Shown here: piece after piece, positions 28,461-41,765 of the stretch | Layout: each line of letters opens with the position of its first letter | Numbering within the stretch: position 1 is the first letter of the stretch | Assembly: GCA_038869895.1 (NCBI GenBank) | Contig: JAWCQE010000001.1 | Span: 121,879 to 185,878 of the forward strand | Source: Candidatus Pacearchaeota archaeon | GTDB lineage: Archaea > Nanobdellota > Nanobdellia > Pacearchaeales > GW2011-AR1 | Length of the DNA: 64,000 nt | Direction of reading: 5' to 3' | The notes under the pieces: model-generated | The model's input: the letters and a program-made list of their open reading frames with translations, nothing else | Told to the model about the DNA's origin: nothing | The model's database searches: none | Position numbers and translations under genes: made by a program

Positions 28461-31115
28461 ATGAAAATTAATTTTAGAAAAGTCGGTTCAGTTATTGCGA
28501 GTGCAGCTATGCTTGGAAGCACAATGGGAATTGCTGTTGCAGCCTCTTATCCTGGTGCGTTTACTGCAGGAGGGGCTGGAGGAGTAGCAATAGTTACAGG
28601 AAGTATTGCAGCTTCAAGTGATTTTGTTGCAGCAACAGAGATAGGTTCAAATTTAAACAGTGCGATTGCTGCAGGTATAATTACTACTGGTGGAAGTGTT
28701 ACAACTAGTGGAGAAACAAAAGCACTTTTTACAGGTTCCTCAAAAATATATATGAATGATAGTATAAGCATAAATAAAGCTACTTTAACGAAAACTGATT
28801 TGCCAACTATTCTTGCAGATGGTGAATTTAATGGAAATGTTGATTCTGAATATACACAAAGAATTATTCTTGGTTCTTATCCAAGAGTTATTTTTGGAAA
28901 AATGCCAACAACTGAGAATGATCCTTTAACAGGAATCAACCTTGGCACAACAGTTACAACACAATATTTATATAATATGACAGTTACATTTGACGAAGCA
29001 GTTAACTTTACCCACTCTGATTCAAAAACAAAAGGGACTGAAATTACTTTATTTGGACAGAAATTTACAGTGGCTGGAGCTACAGATTCTAGTAAATTGG
29101 TATTATTGAAGTCAGCTCAAAAAATTACTTTGGGTCTTGGAGGAAACAATCCTAATCCAGTTCAATCTGTAACAGTTAATGATAGGACGTATACAGTAGA
29201 ACTTACAAATGTTCAAGATGATGAGGCCATAATTAAAGTAACTGATAGTAATGGACAAAGTTCAACAGCAAGAATTAGTGAAGGGGCTTCAAGAAAAGTT
29301 CAAGGATTAGAAGTTGCAGTTAACATAGCTACAGAATCAACTGCATTGAGTAGTGCATGGGCAGATATTATTGTTGGAACCTCAAAAGTTACTCTTCAAG
29401 ATGGAGAGCCTGTGAAAGTAGGTTCTGAGGATAAGATAATTGATGGTACTCAAGTTGATTTTGTTGATACCACATATACTGGGAATATAACTAGACTTGT
29501 TGTCCAAGTTGCAGCACCTGAAAGTGATAAAGATGCGATAACTCCTGCAATGTCATTTGTTGACCCTGTTTTTGGAGGTTTCAAAGTTGATTTTCCTGGA
29601 TTAAATATTGCAAATGAAGATGAAACTGCCAGAGAAATGATTGAAGTCAAGAATTCAGGAAGTGACAAAATGACTGTAAAATTTACAGACTATAATAAAG
29701 GTGAGATAACCTTTAATTGGGTCTATAACAGATCTAATTCACAGGGAGGAATTATGAGATTAGCAGATTCAAACAACAGAAGGATAATTGTTGCTGAAAT
29801 GTCTCCTATAAATAAATCAGAATATGTTATGGTTGGAAATGAAGATGAAGGAGGATTGTACCAAGTTGTAACAATCACAAATTCTTCGGGATTTTCAGAT
29901 GATTCAGTTGAATTAAGAGATGTTATTACAGGAAAAACTGAAAAAGCTTCTATTACTGCTGAAGGTTCTGGAACTATTGTCCTTAATGGAAAGACATATG
30001 AGGTAAGTTATTTTGCACCAAACACTTTAACTGACACAGCAAGAACCATAAGATTAAATTATCCTGACAGTTCAGGCAATAGTGTAATCTTATATCCTAC
30101 AATTGAAACGTCAAAAGGAGCAAAAATTGCTTTCTATGAACCATTAACTATAGATCTGATGACTCAACATGCTGGAGGCAATTTATCTGGACATAATATA
30201 AAATTTCCAGATGGAGATGGTTATACTGACGCCGCAGTTGTTATTGTAAATACAACTACTGGAATGGTGACTATAGATGGGAACAATCTTAATACAGGTG
30301 CTTCAGATGGAGCAAGTTCTACAACTAAAACTGTCGGAAGATTAACTTACAATTTCACAAGTACAGGTGTTGGTAACAATACGAAGGTCTATCTTCAAGC
30401 AATTCCAGGAGTAAATATTGTAAGGCCTGCAATAATCCTTTTTGAAGAAAAAGATGACCAAAATAATTACGAGGCTGTAGTTATTACATTAGATTCAGGT
30501 TATGACGGAGATAGTGCAGGAATCGGAGTCCAAAATGTTATAAGAACATGGGGGCTTGATGGTTCTAATGGAGATTCAGATGCATGGAATGATGTAAGAC
30601 TTGAAAGCAATGATGACTTGTATCAAGACATGGATAGATGGGGAACAATAATCACTGCTGATAAATCTGATAGTGATCAAACAAGGGCTGTAATAAGCTA
30701 CCCAGATGAACAAGTATATGCACAAGTCTATGTATCTTCATCAAATGCAGTCGTGTCTTCAGGAAATGGAGGAGCAGGAACCGTAATGGTTGTGAGAGAT
30801 AATGAAGTTGACAACATTGCAAACAAGAATCTGATTGTTGTTGGGGGTAGCTGTGTAAATACATTAGCTGCTGAATTGCTTGGAAGTTCAAATCCTTTAT
30901 GTGGAAGGGATTTCACTGCAAGAACAAATGTCGGTGTTGGAGAATACCTAATTGAAACTTTCTCACGAACTGACGGAAAAATTGCTACCTTAGTCGCAGG
31001 ATATGAAGCTGATGATACAAGGGCTGCAGCAAGGTCTTTGGTAACAAATAATCCAGAGATTGCTTCTGGTGTCAAGTATAAAGGTTCGACTTCAGGCTCA
31101 TTCACAAGAGCGTAA
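28461..31115 (+). CDS. Candidate S-layer / major cell-surface protein
   Basis: Signal peptide MKINFRKVGSVIASAAMLGSTMGIAVAA. 884 aa rich in T/S/G/N/V and poor in Cys until a C-terminal CVNTLAAELLGSSNPLC pair. GC content and codon usage are clearly above the contig background. A strong SD (AGGAGGT) and an AT-rich promoter lie upstream. Confidence 0.55.
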   Translation: MKINFRKVGSVIASAAMLGSTMGIAVAASYPGAFTAGGAGGVAIVTGSIAASSDFVAATEIGSNLNSAIAAGIITTGGSVTTSGETKALFTGSSKIYMNDSISINKATLTKTDLPTILADGEFNGNVDSEYTQRIILGSYPRVIFGKMPTTENDPLTGINLGTTVTTQYLYNMTVTFDEAVNFTHSDSKTKGTEITLFGQKFTVAGATDSSKLVLLKSAQKITLGLGGNNPNPVQSVTVNDRTYTVELTNVQDDEAIIKVTDSNGQSSTARISEGASRKVQGLEVAVNIATESTALSSAWADIIVGTSKVTLQDGEPVKVGSEDKIIDGTQVDFVDTTYTGNITRLVVQVAAPESDKDAITPAMSFVDPVFGGFKVDFPGLNIANEDETAREMIEVKNSGSDKMTVKFTDYNKGEITFNWVYNRSNSQGGIMRLADSNNRRIIVAEMSPINKSEYVMVGNEDEGGLYQVVTITNSSGFSDDSVELRDVITGKTEKASITAEGSGTIVLNGKTYEVSYFAPNTLTDTARTIRLNYPDSSGNSVILYPTIETSKGAKIAFYEPLTIDLMTQHAGGNLSGHNIKFPDGDGYTDAAVVIVNTTTGMVTIDGNNLNTGASDGASSTTKTVGRLTYNFTSTGVGNNTKVYLQAIPGVNIVRPAIILFEEKDDQNNYEAVVITLDSGYDGDSAGIGVQNVIRTWGLDGSNGDSDAWNDVRLESNDDLYQDMDRWGTIITADKSDSDQTRAVISYPDEQVYAQVYVSSSNAVVSSGNGGAGTVMVVRDNEVDNIANKNLIVVGGSCVNTLAAELLGSSNPLCGRDFTARTNVGVGEYLIETFSRTDGKIATLVAGYEADDTRAAARSLVTNNPEIASGVKYKGSTSGSFTRA

Positions 31116-31240
31116 AAACAATTTATTTTTACTTTTTCTTTTATTTTTTATTTATAAAATAATTATATATTAATTAAATTATAAAAAGTCAATAAACTAA
31201 TGTATCGTTCATTTAAAAAATAAAACTTGTTAAGAGATTA

Positions 31241-31885
31241 TTGAATAATTTTATTAATAAACTTTTTAAACAAGATTTGATATTTTATAAAATGAGAAGA
31301 ATTGAGACAAAAGAAGATGCTGAAAAGAGGAAGAGAAGAAACCAGATAATTATTGCATTTGTTTTTATTAGTATTCTTACAAGTAGCACTATAGGATTTG
31401 TTTTTGTATTTAAAAATCCAGAATTTGATTCAAGTGAAAATAAGGAAAGTATAGATTATAATGGAATTAATTTTGTAAGAAACCAGCGAGGATATTGGCA
31501 ATTTAATTCTCACAATAGTACCTTTTTTACTTTATTTAATCCAAAAGAAACAGAAAATATTTCTTTTGAAGGAGAGGTAAATGTTAACGATTTTGTTAAT
31601 AAACCTCTTTATTATTCATCTGGAAATATGACTGCAGCACTTTCAGAACTAATGAGAAACATTGGAAGTTTCTCACTTAGGTATCAAGAAGTATGTGTTG
31701 AGAATTATGAATGTAAGAATGAAGGACTGCCTATAAAAGACTGTTCAAATGATATTATTATATTAAAATTATCAGATGAAATAAAAGCTTATAAACAGGA
31801 AAAATGTATTTTCCTTGAAGGAACTGAGGAAGAATTAATTTTGCTTGCAGATAAATTAATCTATAAATCTTTAGGTATTCAATAA
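31241..31885 (+). CDS. Hypothetical membrane-anchored protein
   Basis: One N-terminal TM. The extracytoplasmic domain carries a few Cys. Confidence 0.35.
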   Translation: MNNFINKLFKQDLIFYKMRRIETKEDAEKRKRRNQIIIAFVFISILTSSTIGFVFVFKNPEFDSSENKESIDYNGINFVRNQRGYWQFNSHNSTFFTLFNPKETENISFEGEVNVNDFVNKPLYYSSGNMTAALSELMRNIGSFSLRYQEVCVENYECKNEGLPIKDCSNDIIILKLSDEIKAYKQEKCIFLEGTEEELILLADKLIYKSLGIQ

Positions 31886-32562
31886 TGAAAGAACAAAAAG
31901 AGATTAAAAAGGAATCTTTAGAAAATAGAACAAAGGAAGAAGATAAAGACTCTTATCAGGAAGTAGGAGTTAAATGGCTCTTTATAATCCTTGCGTTTTT
32001 AGTTACTTCATTGATTATTGTTGGATGGATTTTATCAGAATCAAAGAAATCTGATTATATTGGACTGACTTTTAAAAAAGAGAATTTTGGTGAAATTCCA
32101 ATTTATACAACTTCTCTTACAGGATATGGTGTTAATGGAAAACCAATTGATTTTAAATTAATATTGAGAAATAATCCTAAAGAATCAAAAATACCAGTAA
32201 TTGGAGAAGTTGATTTTGTAATTGGTAAACCCATATATCTTTCTCTTAACATGGAAGGAGAATTATACAAATGTGGTTCTACTCCTTTAGTTGCCTTTGG
32301 CCAGTTTATGGATGCAATGGGTTTTAATATACAAACTGGAATAAGCACAGAAGATAAGGCAAATGAATTTCAAAGAGAATATATAACATGCCTTAATACT
32401 CCAGATGCTACGGTTTTATATCTTACTGAAGGCAATGAAAGTAAAATAGAAAGAGTTGACGATAAGTGCTATGTTTTAAGTGTAAATAATTGCGAACTTA
32501 CAGAAGTTCTTGAGAGGTTTGAGATAGCAACACTTTCAACATTAACAGGAAAATCGCTTTAA
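31885..32562 (+). CDS. Hypothetical membrane-anchored protein
   Basis: ATGA start/stop overlap with the previous gene. Similar architecture: N-terminal TM, Cys-containing ectodomain. Confidence 0.35.
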   Translation: MKEQKEIKKESLENRTKEEDKDSYQEVGVKWLFIILAFLVTSLIIVGWILSESKKSDYIGLTFKKENFGEIPIYTTSLTGYGVNGKPIDFKLILRNNPKESKIPVIGEVDFVIGKPIYLSLNMEGELYKCGSTPLVAFGQFMDAMGFNIQTGISTEDKANEFQREYITCLNTPDATVLYLTEGNESKIERVDDKCYVLSVNNCELTEVLERFEIATLSTLTGKSL

Positions 32563-32679
32563 AAATTAATTACAAAAATCATTGGAGTTTTTTATTAATG
32601 AGAATTTGATTGCTGAAACAAGTGAAATAAAAATAATCTCCCAGATTATTTTTCACAAAATTAATGAGAAATTTTCTTA

Positions 32680-33219
32680 TCATTTATTTTTTATATATTT
32701 CATAAAATAATTTACATCAGAATAAATAGGAATTTCCTTTATTTCAAAAATATAAATTGCTGAAAACCATATTATGACAACAAAAATCGTGCTTAATCCA
32801 TACCAAAAAAATTTATGTGTTATATCAAAGAATTGATAATTCGATAAAAAGAGGGATGAAAGGACAATAATTCTTATAATGTTAAATCCAAGAAAAACTG
32901 CGAATAGATAAATAAGTGAGTAAAGTCTTTTTTTATTTTCCATAGGTGTTGAGAGGTTTAGAATTAAAATAAGATAATATGCAGAGCCCGCGATACATGA
33001 TTCTATTAAGTTAATTGTTACGTTGTCTACAATTATACTTATTCCAGAAATATTTGTTGAGTAAAATAATTTTAATACATAAAAAACTGGATAAATTGTA
33101 AGAGGAGTTAACACTTTGTAGATTATCCAAAGATTTCCAATCCCAATAACAGCAAGAAAAATATATCTAAAGAGAATATTATAATAATTATAATTATTTG
33201 GCACCTTTCTTTTTTTCAT
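32680..33219 (-). CDS. Exosortase/archaeosortase-family transmembrane protein
   Basis: Polytopic membrane protein. It has a Cys motif (IESCIAGS, compare the exosortase EACSG block) and a downstream Asn/Arg motif (GFNIIRII). It is adjacent to a protein with a C-terminal sorting-type anchor. Confidence 0.55.
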   Translation of the reverse strand: MKKRKVPNNYNYYNILFRYIFLAVIGIGNLWIIYKVLTPLTIYPVFYVLKLFYSTNISGISIIVDNVTINLIESCIAGSAYYLILILNLSTPMENKKRLYSLIYLFAVFLGFNIIRIIVLSSLFLSNYQFFDITHKFFWYGLSTIFVVIIWFSAIYIFEIKEIPIYSDVNYFMKYIKNK

Positions 33220-33259
33220 TTAATACTATATTAAGATTAACTAGTTTAAAAACCTTATA

Positions 33260-34897
33260 TTATCTTTTTGCTATCCTTATGGCAACGATAATTATTAATA
33301 TTATTAATACAACATTAATAATAGCTATTAGCCAGATAATCCAATTTTCCCTTATATTGTTGGCAATTGAACTTCCTGTGAGTCCTTTTATTCCACTCCA
33401 ACCAACTTTTGGCTGAATGTTTGGAACACTTATTTTTTTTTCAGTTACTCTTCCATTGTGAGATACTTGGAGTGTAAAATCGTTATTTCCTGAGACGTCG
33501 CTATTTGGAGTTAAGGAAATTACAACCTCTCTTGAACTTCCTGCATCCAATGTTATTGTTCTTGGCTCAATTGAATTTAATGATGCCCATGTATCGTAAT
33601 TTAGGGCTGAAATTTGATATAATGTCTGTTCAGTTCCTGTGTTTGTTATTGTTGTTTTTATTATAAGATTTTGTCCTGCTACAGCACCAGACTCAAGTCT
33701 TGCTGAAATCCCCACAGAACTCTGTGAAGTTGTTGTAGTGGATCCCTGGCAATTTCCTTTGATTGTGAGAGGAATTGTAAATATTGATTCTTTTTCATCA
33801 GCATCTTCAAAATAATTTCCGTCTTCGTCATAAACCTCAAATCTCAAATTATATGTGCCTTCCCTAATATTTTTTGGAATTTCAAGAAGGAATGAAGTTC
33901 TTTTATCATCTAATGAATCTATATCCCCAAGTTCAATTATTTTCTGAAATCCAAATTCATTTACACTAACTTTTAATTCTACATCATCTTGGTTATCACT
34001 TCCAATATTCCAAAATGTTGCAGCAGTTACATCTACACTTGAACCACATTGCAAAGTTTCTGGCAGACTTAATTTATTGAAGTCCAAAATTATGAAATCT
34101 TCATCTATAAGTTCTGCTTCTTTTGTTTCATAAGCACATTGGACGTTTTCTCCAACATCATCACTAAATGCTTTTACAATGAGCATTAAGTTATCTCCTA
34201 AATCATCTTCACTGAAATCGTCAGGGTCTAGTTTAATTTTGATTGTTAGAATTTTGTTTTTTCCGTCGCTTAAATCAAATTCTTCTTCATCATTTTCATC
34301 AATTATTTTCCCTGTATTTTTATTAATAAGCATCCATTCAACAATTATGTCCCTTATTTTTTCATCATCTCTATTATCAACTTTAACTTCAAGTTCAATT
34401 TCATCTAATAAATACCATTCATCATCTTTTCCGTGTCCATTGTTATTTATGTGAAGTCTTACTCTTAAATCCCCCACATTGCCAACACTACAGAAAGTAT
34501 TTGTAAATGATACTGAAACATTTATTTTTTTTGTATTATTTGGACTTGCAACTTCCACAGCTTCAATTTCAATATTTTTTGTCTGTTGGATAAATGAAAA
34601 TCCATCCTCAATATTTAATACTGAAATTTTAAATCTTGCTGTTTTGACGTCTGTTATTGATGTTTCATTTATTATGGAAAGAGTAGCTTTTTTATCATTA
34701 TTATCTGTTATTTGCACTGATGAAGGGAAATTAAAATTTACAGACACATTATTTGTCACTGAAATTGTAAAAGTAGTAGTTGATGATTTGCTTACTATAG
34801 GTGATGGAGTTGTAGAACTTAAAACAGGTTCTACTGCGGATACAAATGAAATTATAAAAATGCTTGCCAAAAAAATTGATAGTACTTTTGATTTCAT
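33260..34897 (-). CDS. Secreted Ig-like repeat surface protein with C-terminal TM anchor + basic tail (putative archaeosortase substrate)
   Basis: Signal peptide MKSKVLSIFLASIFIISFVSA. The protein is acidic and repeat-rich. The C-terminus ...NWIIWLIAIINVVLIILIIIVAIRIAKR is a motif/TM/basic tripartite signal. Confidence 0.55.
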   Translation of the reverse strand: MKSKVLSIFLASIFIISFVSAVEPVLSSTTPSPIVSKSSTTTFTISVTNNVSVNFNFPSSVQITDNNDKKATLSIINETSITDVKTARFKISVLNIEDGFSFIQQTKNIEIEAVEVASPNNTKKINVSVSFTNTFCSVGNVGDLRVRLHINNNGHGKDDEWYLLDEIELEVKVDNRDDEKIRDIIVEWMLINKNTGKIIDENDEEEFDLSDGKNKILTIKIKLDPDDFSEDDLGDNLMLIVKAFSDDVGENVQCAYETKEAELIDEDFIILDFNKLSLPETLQCGSSVDVTAATFWNIGSDNQDDVELKVSVNEFGFQKIIELGDIDSLDDKRTSFLLEIPKNIREGTYNLRFEVYDEDGNYFEDADEKESIFTIPLTIKGNCQGSTTTTSQSSVGISARLESGAVAGQNLIIKTTITNTGTEQTLYQISALNYDTWASLNSIEPRTITLDAGSSREVVISLTPNSDVSGNNDFTLQVSHNGRVTEKKISVPNIQPKVGWSGIKGLTGSSIANNIRENWIIWLIAIINVVLIILIIIVAIRIAKR

Positions 34898-35137
34898 TTT
34901 GTTGTAATTTTATAATTACACCTATTTATAAATGTTTCGATTTTTATAAACTCTATTGAAATTAAACTCAAATTTATCGATGATAAATTAAGACTTGTGT
35001 TTTTTGTGAAAAATTGAAAAATTTTGAATTAAAGTTTTACAGACAGACTAAACATAACTTTAATATAGTTTTGTTTTAAAAGAAATTTAATATTTTTAGA
35101 TAGTAAGATTTATAATATTAGCAGATTTAGATATTTT

Positions 35138-35506
35138 GTGAAATCAAAAGAGAATTTATTTGGTGCTTATGTTCTCCTTTCGGGAGTTATTATAGCGCTT
35201 GTTTTAGGTTTTTTTCAGGCAAGTATTCTTTCAGGATATAAGCCATGGATATATTTGCTTCTTGCTATTTTAGGAATTATTGTTGGAGCTGCGAGCGTTC
35301 GTGCGGATTCAAGAGAAGCAACAACTTTTCTATTAGCTTCGATTTCAATAGTTATTGTAAGTTCAATAGGACAGGTTAATTTAATCTTAGTTGGGAATAT
35401 TGGTGTAAAAATAGTTGTTATCCTTAATGCATTATTAACAATGTTTATTCCTGCAACTATTGTTGTTGCATTAAAAACAGTTTTTTCTGTAGCAAGTGTA
35501 AAATGA
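35138..35506 (+). CDS. Hypothetical small membrane protein (4 TM)
   Basis: ORF with four hydrophobic helices. Confidence 0.35.
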   Translation: MKSKENLFGAYVLLSGVIIALVLGFFQASILSGYKPWIYLLLAILGIIVGAASVRADSREATTFLLASISIVIVSSIGQVNLILVGNIGVKIVVILNALLTMFIPATIVVALKTVFSVASVK

Positions 35507-35641
35507 CAAAGATACTAAGGTTTCTTTGTTGAATCTTTCTATTTTTAACTATCATTTTTTATTTTAAAATATAAAATTTGATATTTATCTCATAATTTTA
35601 TATAATATCTCTTTTAATTTTAAGATAGAATTCTTTCTTAA

Positions 35642-36019
35642 TTAGTTATTTCGTGGAGAATCTTGGATAAATCCACTAGATGTATTAATTTCCGCGAATT
35701 GTGGGGTAGCAATTATTATATTTTCTCCAAATCCCGTAATGTTTCCTTCAAGAGCTTCTGTCGTTTTTTTTAACTTTGCAACAGCTCTTTTAAGTTCAAT
35801 TACATCTTTTTTCCTTAATGCTTGAATATCTATAACAGCGATTGTATATCCTTCTCTTAGAGAATTTAATACTTCATTAATGTCTTCAAATTTTCTAAGA
35901 ACAAAAGGCCTTACACTTACTTTAGATCTTTTCTCTTCATTTCCAATGTCAATTTCAACATAATCTTCATCTGATGAACTATCTCCTCCAACCAATTTTT
36001 TTAATTTATTTAAGACCAT
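35642..36019 (-). CDS. sepF: Cell division protein SepF homolog
   Basis: The C-terminal domain pattern (RPFVLRKFEDINEVLNSLREGYTIAVIDIQAL...GENIIIATPQFAEI) matches SepF/DUF552. FtsZ is in the same window. Confidence 0.65.
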   Translation of the reverse strand: MVLNKLKKLVGGDSSSDEDYVEIDIGNEEKRSKVSVRPFVLRKFEDINEVLNSLREGYTIAVIDIQALRKKDVIELKRAVAKLKKTTEALEGNITGFGENIIIATPQFAEINTSSGFIQDSPRNN

Positions 36020-36063
36020 AGAAAATTTAATTTGAATGAGTTTATAAAGATTTCTGTATTATA

Positions 36064-36393
36064 TCATTTAAGTTTGTTCATAATTTCTGCTCTTAGTCTT
36101 TCTATCTCTTCCTTCATTTCAAGTTCTTGTTTCTCAACAGATTTAACCTTTAAATCAAGGATTTTCTTTTTTTCACCAAGTTCTTTATTTAATGACGCCT
36201 TATCTGATTTTACCATTATCTGTCCAATAACTCTAAATACATCAGATTTTGTTTTTCCTATTTCGTTTATGGCTGTAAGAATTTCATTTATTTCTATTTG
36301 AAATGTCTGCTTCTGAAGAATAATATTCTGAAAATTTTGTTCCAATATTTGTAGGCTTTGTATTTTTTTTCCAGTTTCTTGATCAACTTCCAT
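36064..36393 (-). CDS. pfdB: Prefoldin subunit beta
   Basis: ~110-aa coiled-coil protein with the central beta-hairpin region (SDVFRVIGQIMVKSDK). Typical prefoldin beta length. Confidence 0.65.
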   Translation of the reverse strand: MEVDQETGKKIQSLQILEQNFQNIILQKQTFQIEINEILTAINEIGKTKSDVFRVIGQIMVKSDKASLNKELGEKKKILDLKVKSVEKQELEMKEEIERLRAEIMNKLK

Positions 36394-36421
36394 TTTATTG
36401 ATATAATCTTTTATATTTTAT

Positions 36422-36559
36422 TTAAATCGCTTTTATTTTTGTAATTGATAATCTTGGTTTATAAAAAATTCTTGAATTACAAAATGGACAAGTGAATCTT
36501 TTGTCAAGTTTTTTATATGAAATTGATTTTCCACATTTGAAACATTTATATTCTACCAT
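36422..36559 (-). CDS. rpoP: DNA-directed RNA polymerase subunit P (RpoP/Rpo12)
   Basis: Hand-translated 45-aa ORF MVEYKCFKCGKSISYKKLDKRFTCPFCNSRIFYKPR... carrying a CxxC...CxxC zinc ribbon. It lies next to L37Ae, as in many archaea. Not in the ORF track. Confidence 0.7.
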   Translation of the reverse strand: MVEYKCFKCGKSISYKKLDKRFTCPFCNSRIFYKPRLSITKIKAI

Positions 36560-36591
36560 TTGTTTTATAGAACTTATTTAGTATTTAAATT

Positions 36592-36804
36592 TTATTCTAA
36601 ATAATAAGCTCCTCCGGCGAATGTTTTTCCGCATTTTTTACATTTCCATATCCCAAACGATTTTCTCTTTGCTGTTTTTTTACAGAATGGACAAATTTGT
36701 TTTTTCCTTTGTTTTGATTCAACCAAAATAAGTCTTTCTCTAACTCTTGTTCCATACCCTATTTTATATTTTCCAGATGCCTTTACTTTTTTTGTTCTAG
36801 ACAT
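36592..36804 (-). CDS. rpl37ae: 50S ribosomal protein L37Ae
   Basis: GKYKIGYGTRVRER...CPFCKK...GIWKCKKCGKTFAGGAY matches the L37Ae zinc-ribbon signature. Confidence 0.85.
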   Translation of the reverse strand: MSRTKKVKASGKYKIGYGTRVRERLILVESKQRKKQICPFCKKTAKRKSFGIWKCKKCGKTFAGGAYYLE

Positions 36805-37179
36805 TTTGTATTTATATTAAGGAAAAACCACATTTTTAAATTTATGGTTATCTCGGCTCTGAATAAATCTCATTTAAGTGTTACAAAGTAAAAAGAATAT
36901 TATAAATTATATTTAGGTATAATACTTATTTTAACAAAACTGAACAAATAAATTAAAAATATTTTAAGTAACCTGCCATTTTTTAATTAAGGATATAATT
37001 ATAGAAAAAAATTTGTAAAATTCCATAATTAAAATTAAGTGATTGTTAATTATTTATTATTTATGATGGCTGTTGTATGATTTTCTTTTTTTTAATACAA
37101 GAAAATTTACTTTGAGAGTTAACTCTTTTCTATAAATAATTTTAAAACAAAGAAGACGGGCACAGTAATTTTTAGTGTT

Positions 37180-40010
<2,831 letters not shown>

Positions 40011-41117
40011 ACTAAAACACATTTAGTGGGAAATTACTGTGCTCGTCTCATTGCTAAATATTATCCTAGTTTTGAAACATAGGTGTTCTTTTGCTCCACT
40101 CCCCCCAATTTACATGAAAAAGAGGTTCATATAATTTTTACGATGATAAATCAGAATTAATTTTCCATAAACAAAGATTTCTCTATGTTTATAGCATTAA
40201 ATATTAATTGACTGATTACCATCTAATAATCTTGAGATAAATCAAGTTTTTAAATGTTTTTGTTAATTTTGGTTTTGTAAAATAAGATATAAATAGTTTA
40301 ATTTTTTAAATAAAATTTAGTTTAAAGAAAATTTAATCTATCTGCTTTTGGGCAATTCATTTTAACTTAAACAAAATTTATAAGTCAGCTCCTACCTTTT
40401 TTCTATATACTCTTACTAAAATATGAGATTTTTTATCTGGTTTGTAAAATAATTTGGTTCTTGGTTTTACATTCTGTGCAAGTCATCTTTTCATACTACC
40501 TTTTGTTTTCTTTCATATCCAATTTAATCAAAATGCTTTTTACAAAATTACTTAATTTACAAAGCCGTTATTTTATATCGAAAATTTTTTTAACACTAAA
40601 TAATAGATTTATCAAAGATTTAATTACGAATAAGATAAATAATATTTACTTTTCTTTAATAAATAAACTTAACTATTTTTATATTCTATAATTCATTTGG
40701 TATTTAATAAAACCTTAAAGTGAATTTTGAATATGAAAAATTTAATCATTGTTATTTTTCATTGATAAATTAAATTATTGCCTTTTTAGAAAAATAAGAG
40801 AACTTTAAAATAAAATAATCAATATATTTATGTGCATTTTGTAGATATTTTTAGTAAGAAATTTAGAAAATATATATTAGAAATTTAAATGACTAAAAGT
40901 TATTTTTACTATAATAAACAAAATTACATAGATTATTTATTATAAATATAAATATTTTTTTAAAAAAATAAAATCTGAAATTGCAAGACAAATTGGACTA
41001 TATAAAAAAATGCGAAGTAAATTTACGTTCTGGATTTTTTTTAGAAATTCTTTATTTTAATTTAATGATTTTAGTAATTTTAACTATTTCTATTTTAATT
41101 ATATTTCTTCCATTCTA

Positions 41118-41198
41118 CGCCGACGCCCGGAATCGAACCGGGGGGCCCCGTAGGGCACTGGTCTCAAGCCAGTTGCAATACCACTATGCGACGTCGGC
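41118..41198 (-). tRNA. tRNA-Ser (anticodon TGA), type II with long variable arm
   Basis: Folded by hand on the minus strand. Acceptor GCCGACG/CGTCGGC, anticodon loop CTTGAGA, a 14-nt variable arm, T-loop TTCGATT. Confidence 0.8.
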
Positions 41199-41468
41199 TT
41201 TATTTAATTCAACGACGCATAGTAAGGATTTTTATCCGTCCTATGCGATGTCCACTTCTATTTCTTAAAAAATATTTGTTAGTTTTTAAATATTAGGTTA
41301 ATTTTAACTAATTACTTATTTTTAGATTAATAATTTTTCTTAAAAATCGCTTTCCTATTAACTATTGTCTTCAATCTATTCAAATATATTGGTGAAAAAA
41401 TTTTCTTTACTCATTCCAAGTGTAACTAAAGAGATTTGTGTCTTTACTTAGTTTAGCAAAATAAAATA

Positions 41469-41765
41469 TTATCCAAATAAAGACGACAAACCTTCTGCTG
41501 CCGCGGATGCTTCTTCTTTCTTTTCTTCTTTCTTTTGCTCTTCTTTTACAATTCCGCTACTTGCTTGTGGCGTTGGAGCAACTGCTAACATCGAAGATTT
41601 TTCAAGTTCTTCATCTATATTAATGTCTTTTAAACTGCTGACAAGGAGTTTCACTTTTCCCTCGTCAACTTTAACTTCAATTGATGAAATAACTTTTTTT
41701 AAATTCTCTTCATTTATTTCTTTTCCAAGTTTGTGCAGTAAAAGAGCTGCATATACATATTCCAT
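41469..41765 (-). CDS. rpl12: 50S ribosomal protein L12 (P1 stalk protein)
   Basis: [11 protein letters not shown]... N-terminal helix, then a flexible A/P linker and an acidic E/K-rich tail ending ...GLSSLFG. Confidence 0.85.
   Translation of the reverse strand: MEYVYAALLLHKLGKEINEENLKKVISSIEVKVDEGKVKLLVSSLKDINIDEELEKSSMLAVAPTPQASSGIVKEEQKKEEKKEEASAAAEGLSSLFG

Noticed and set aside
28547-31105. Minus-strand ORFs inside the S-layer candidate (28547.., 29450.., 30652.., 30728..)
   Set aside because: The higher GC of this gene opens antisense frames. The sense frame has a signal peptide and a strong SD.
34179-34907. Plus-strand ORFs 34179..34454 and 34479..34907
   Set aside because: Antisense to the 545-aa surface protein gene. 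Serine/Ile-rich shadow frames.
40981-41268. 95-aa ORF on + strand
   Set aside because: It overlaps tRNA-Ser (41118..41198, minus) and the AT-rich leader. The translation is low-complexity.
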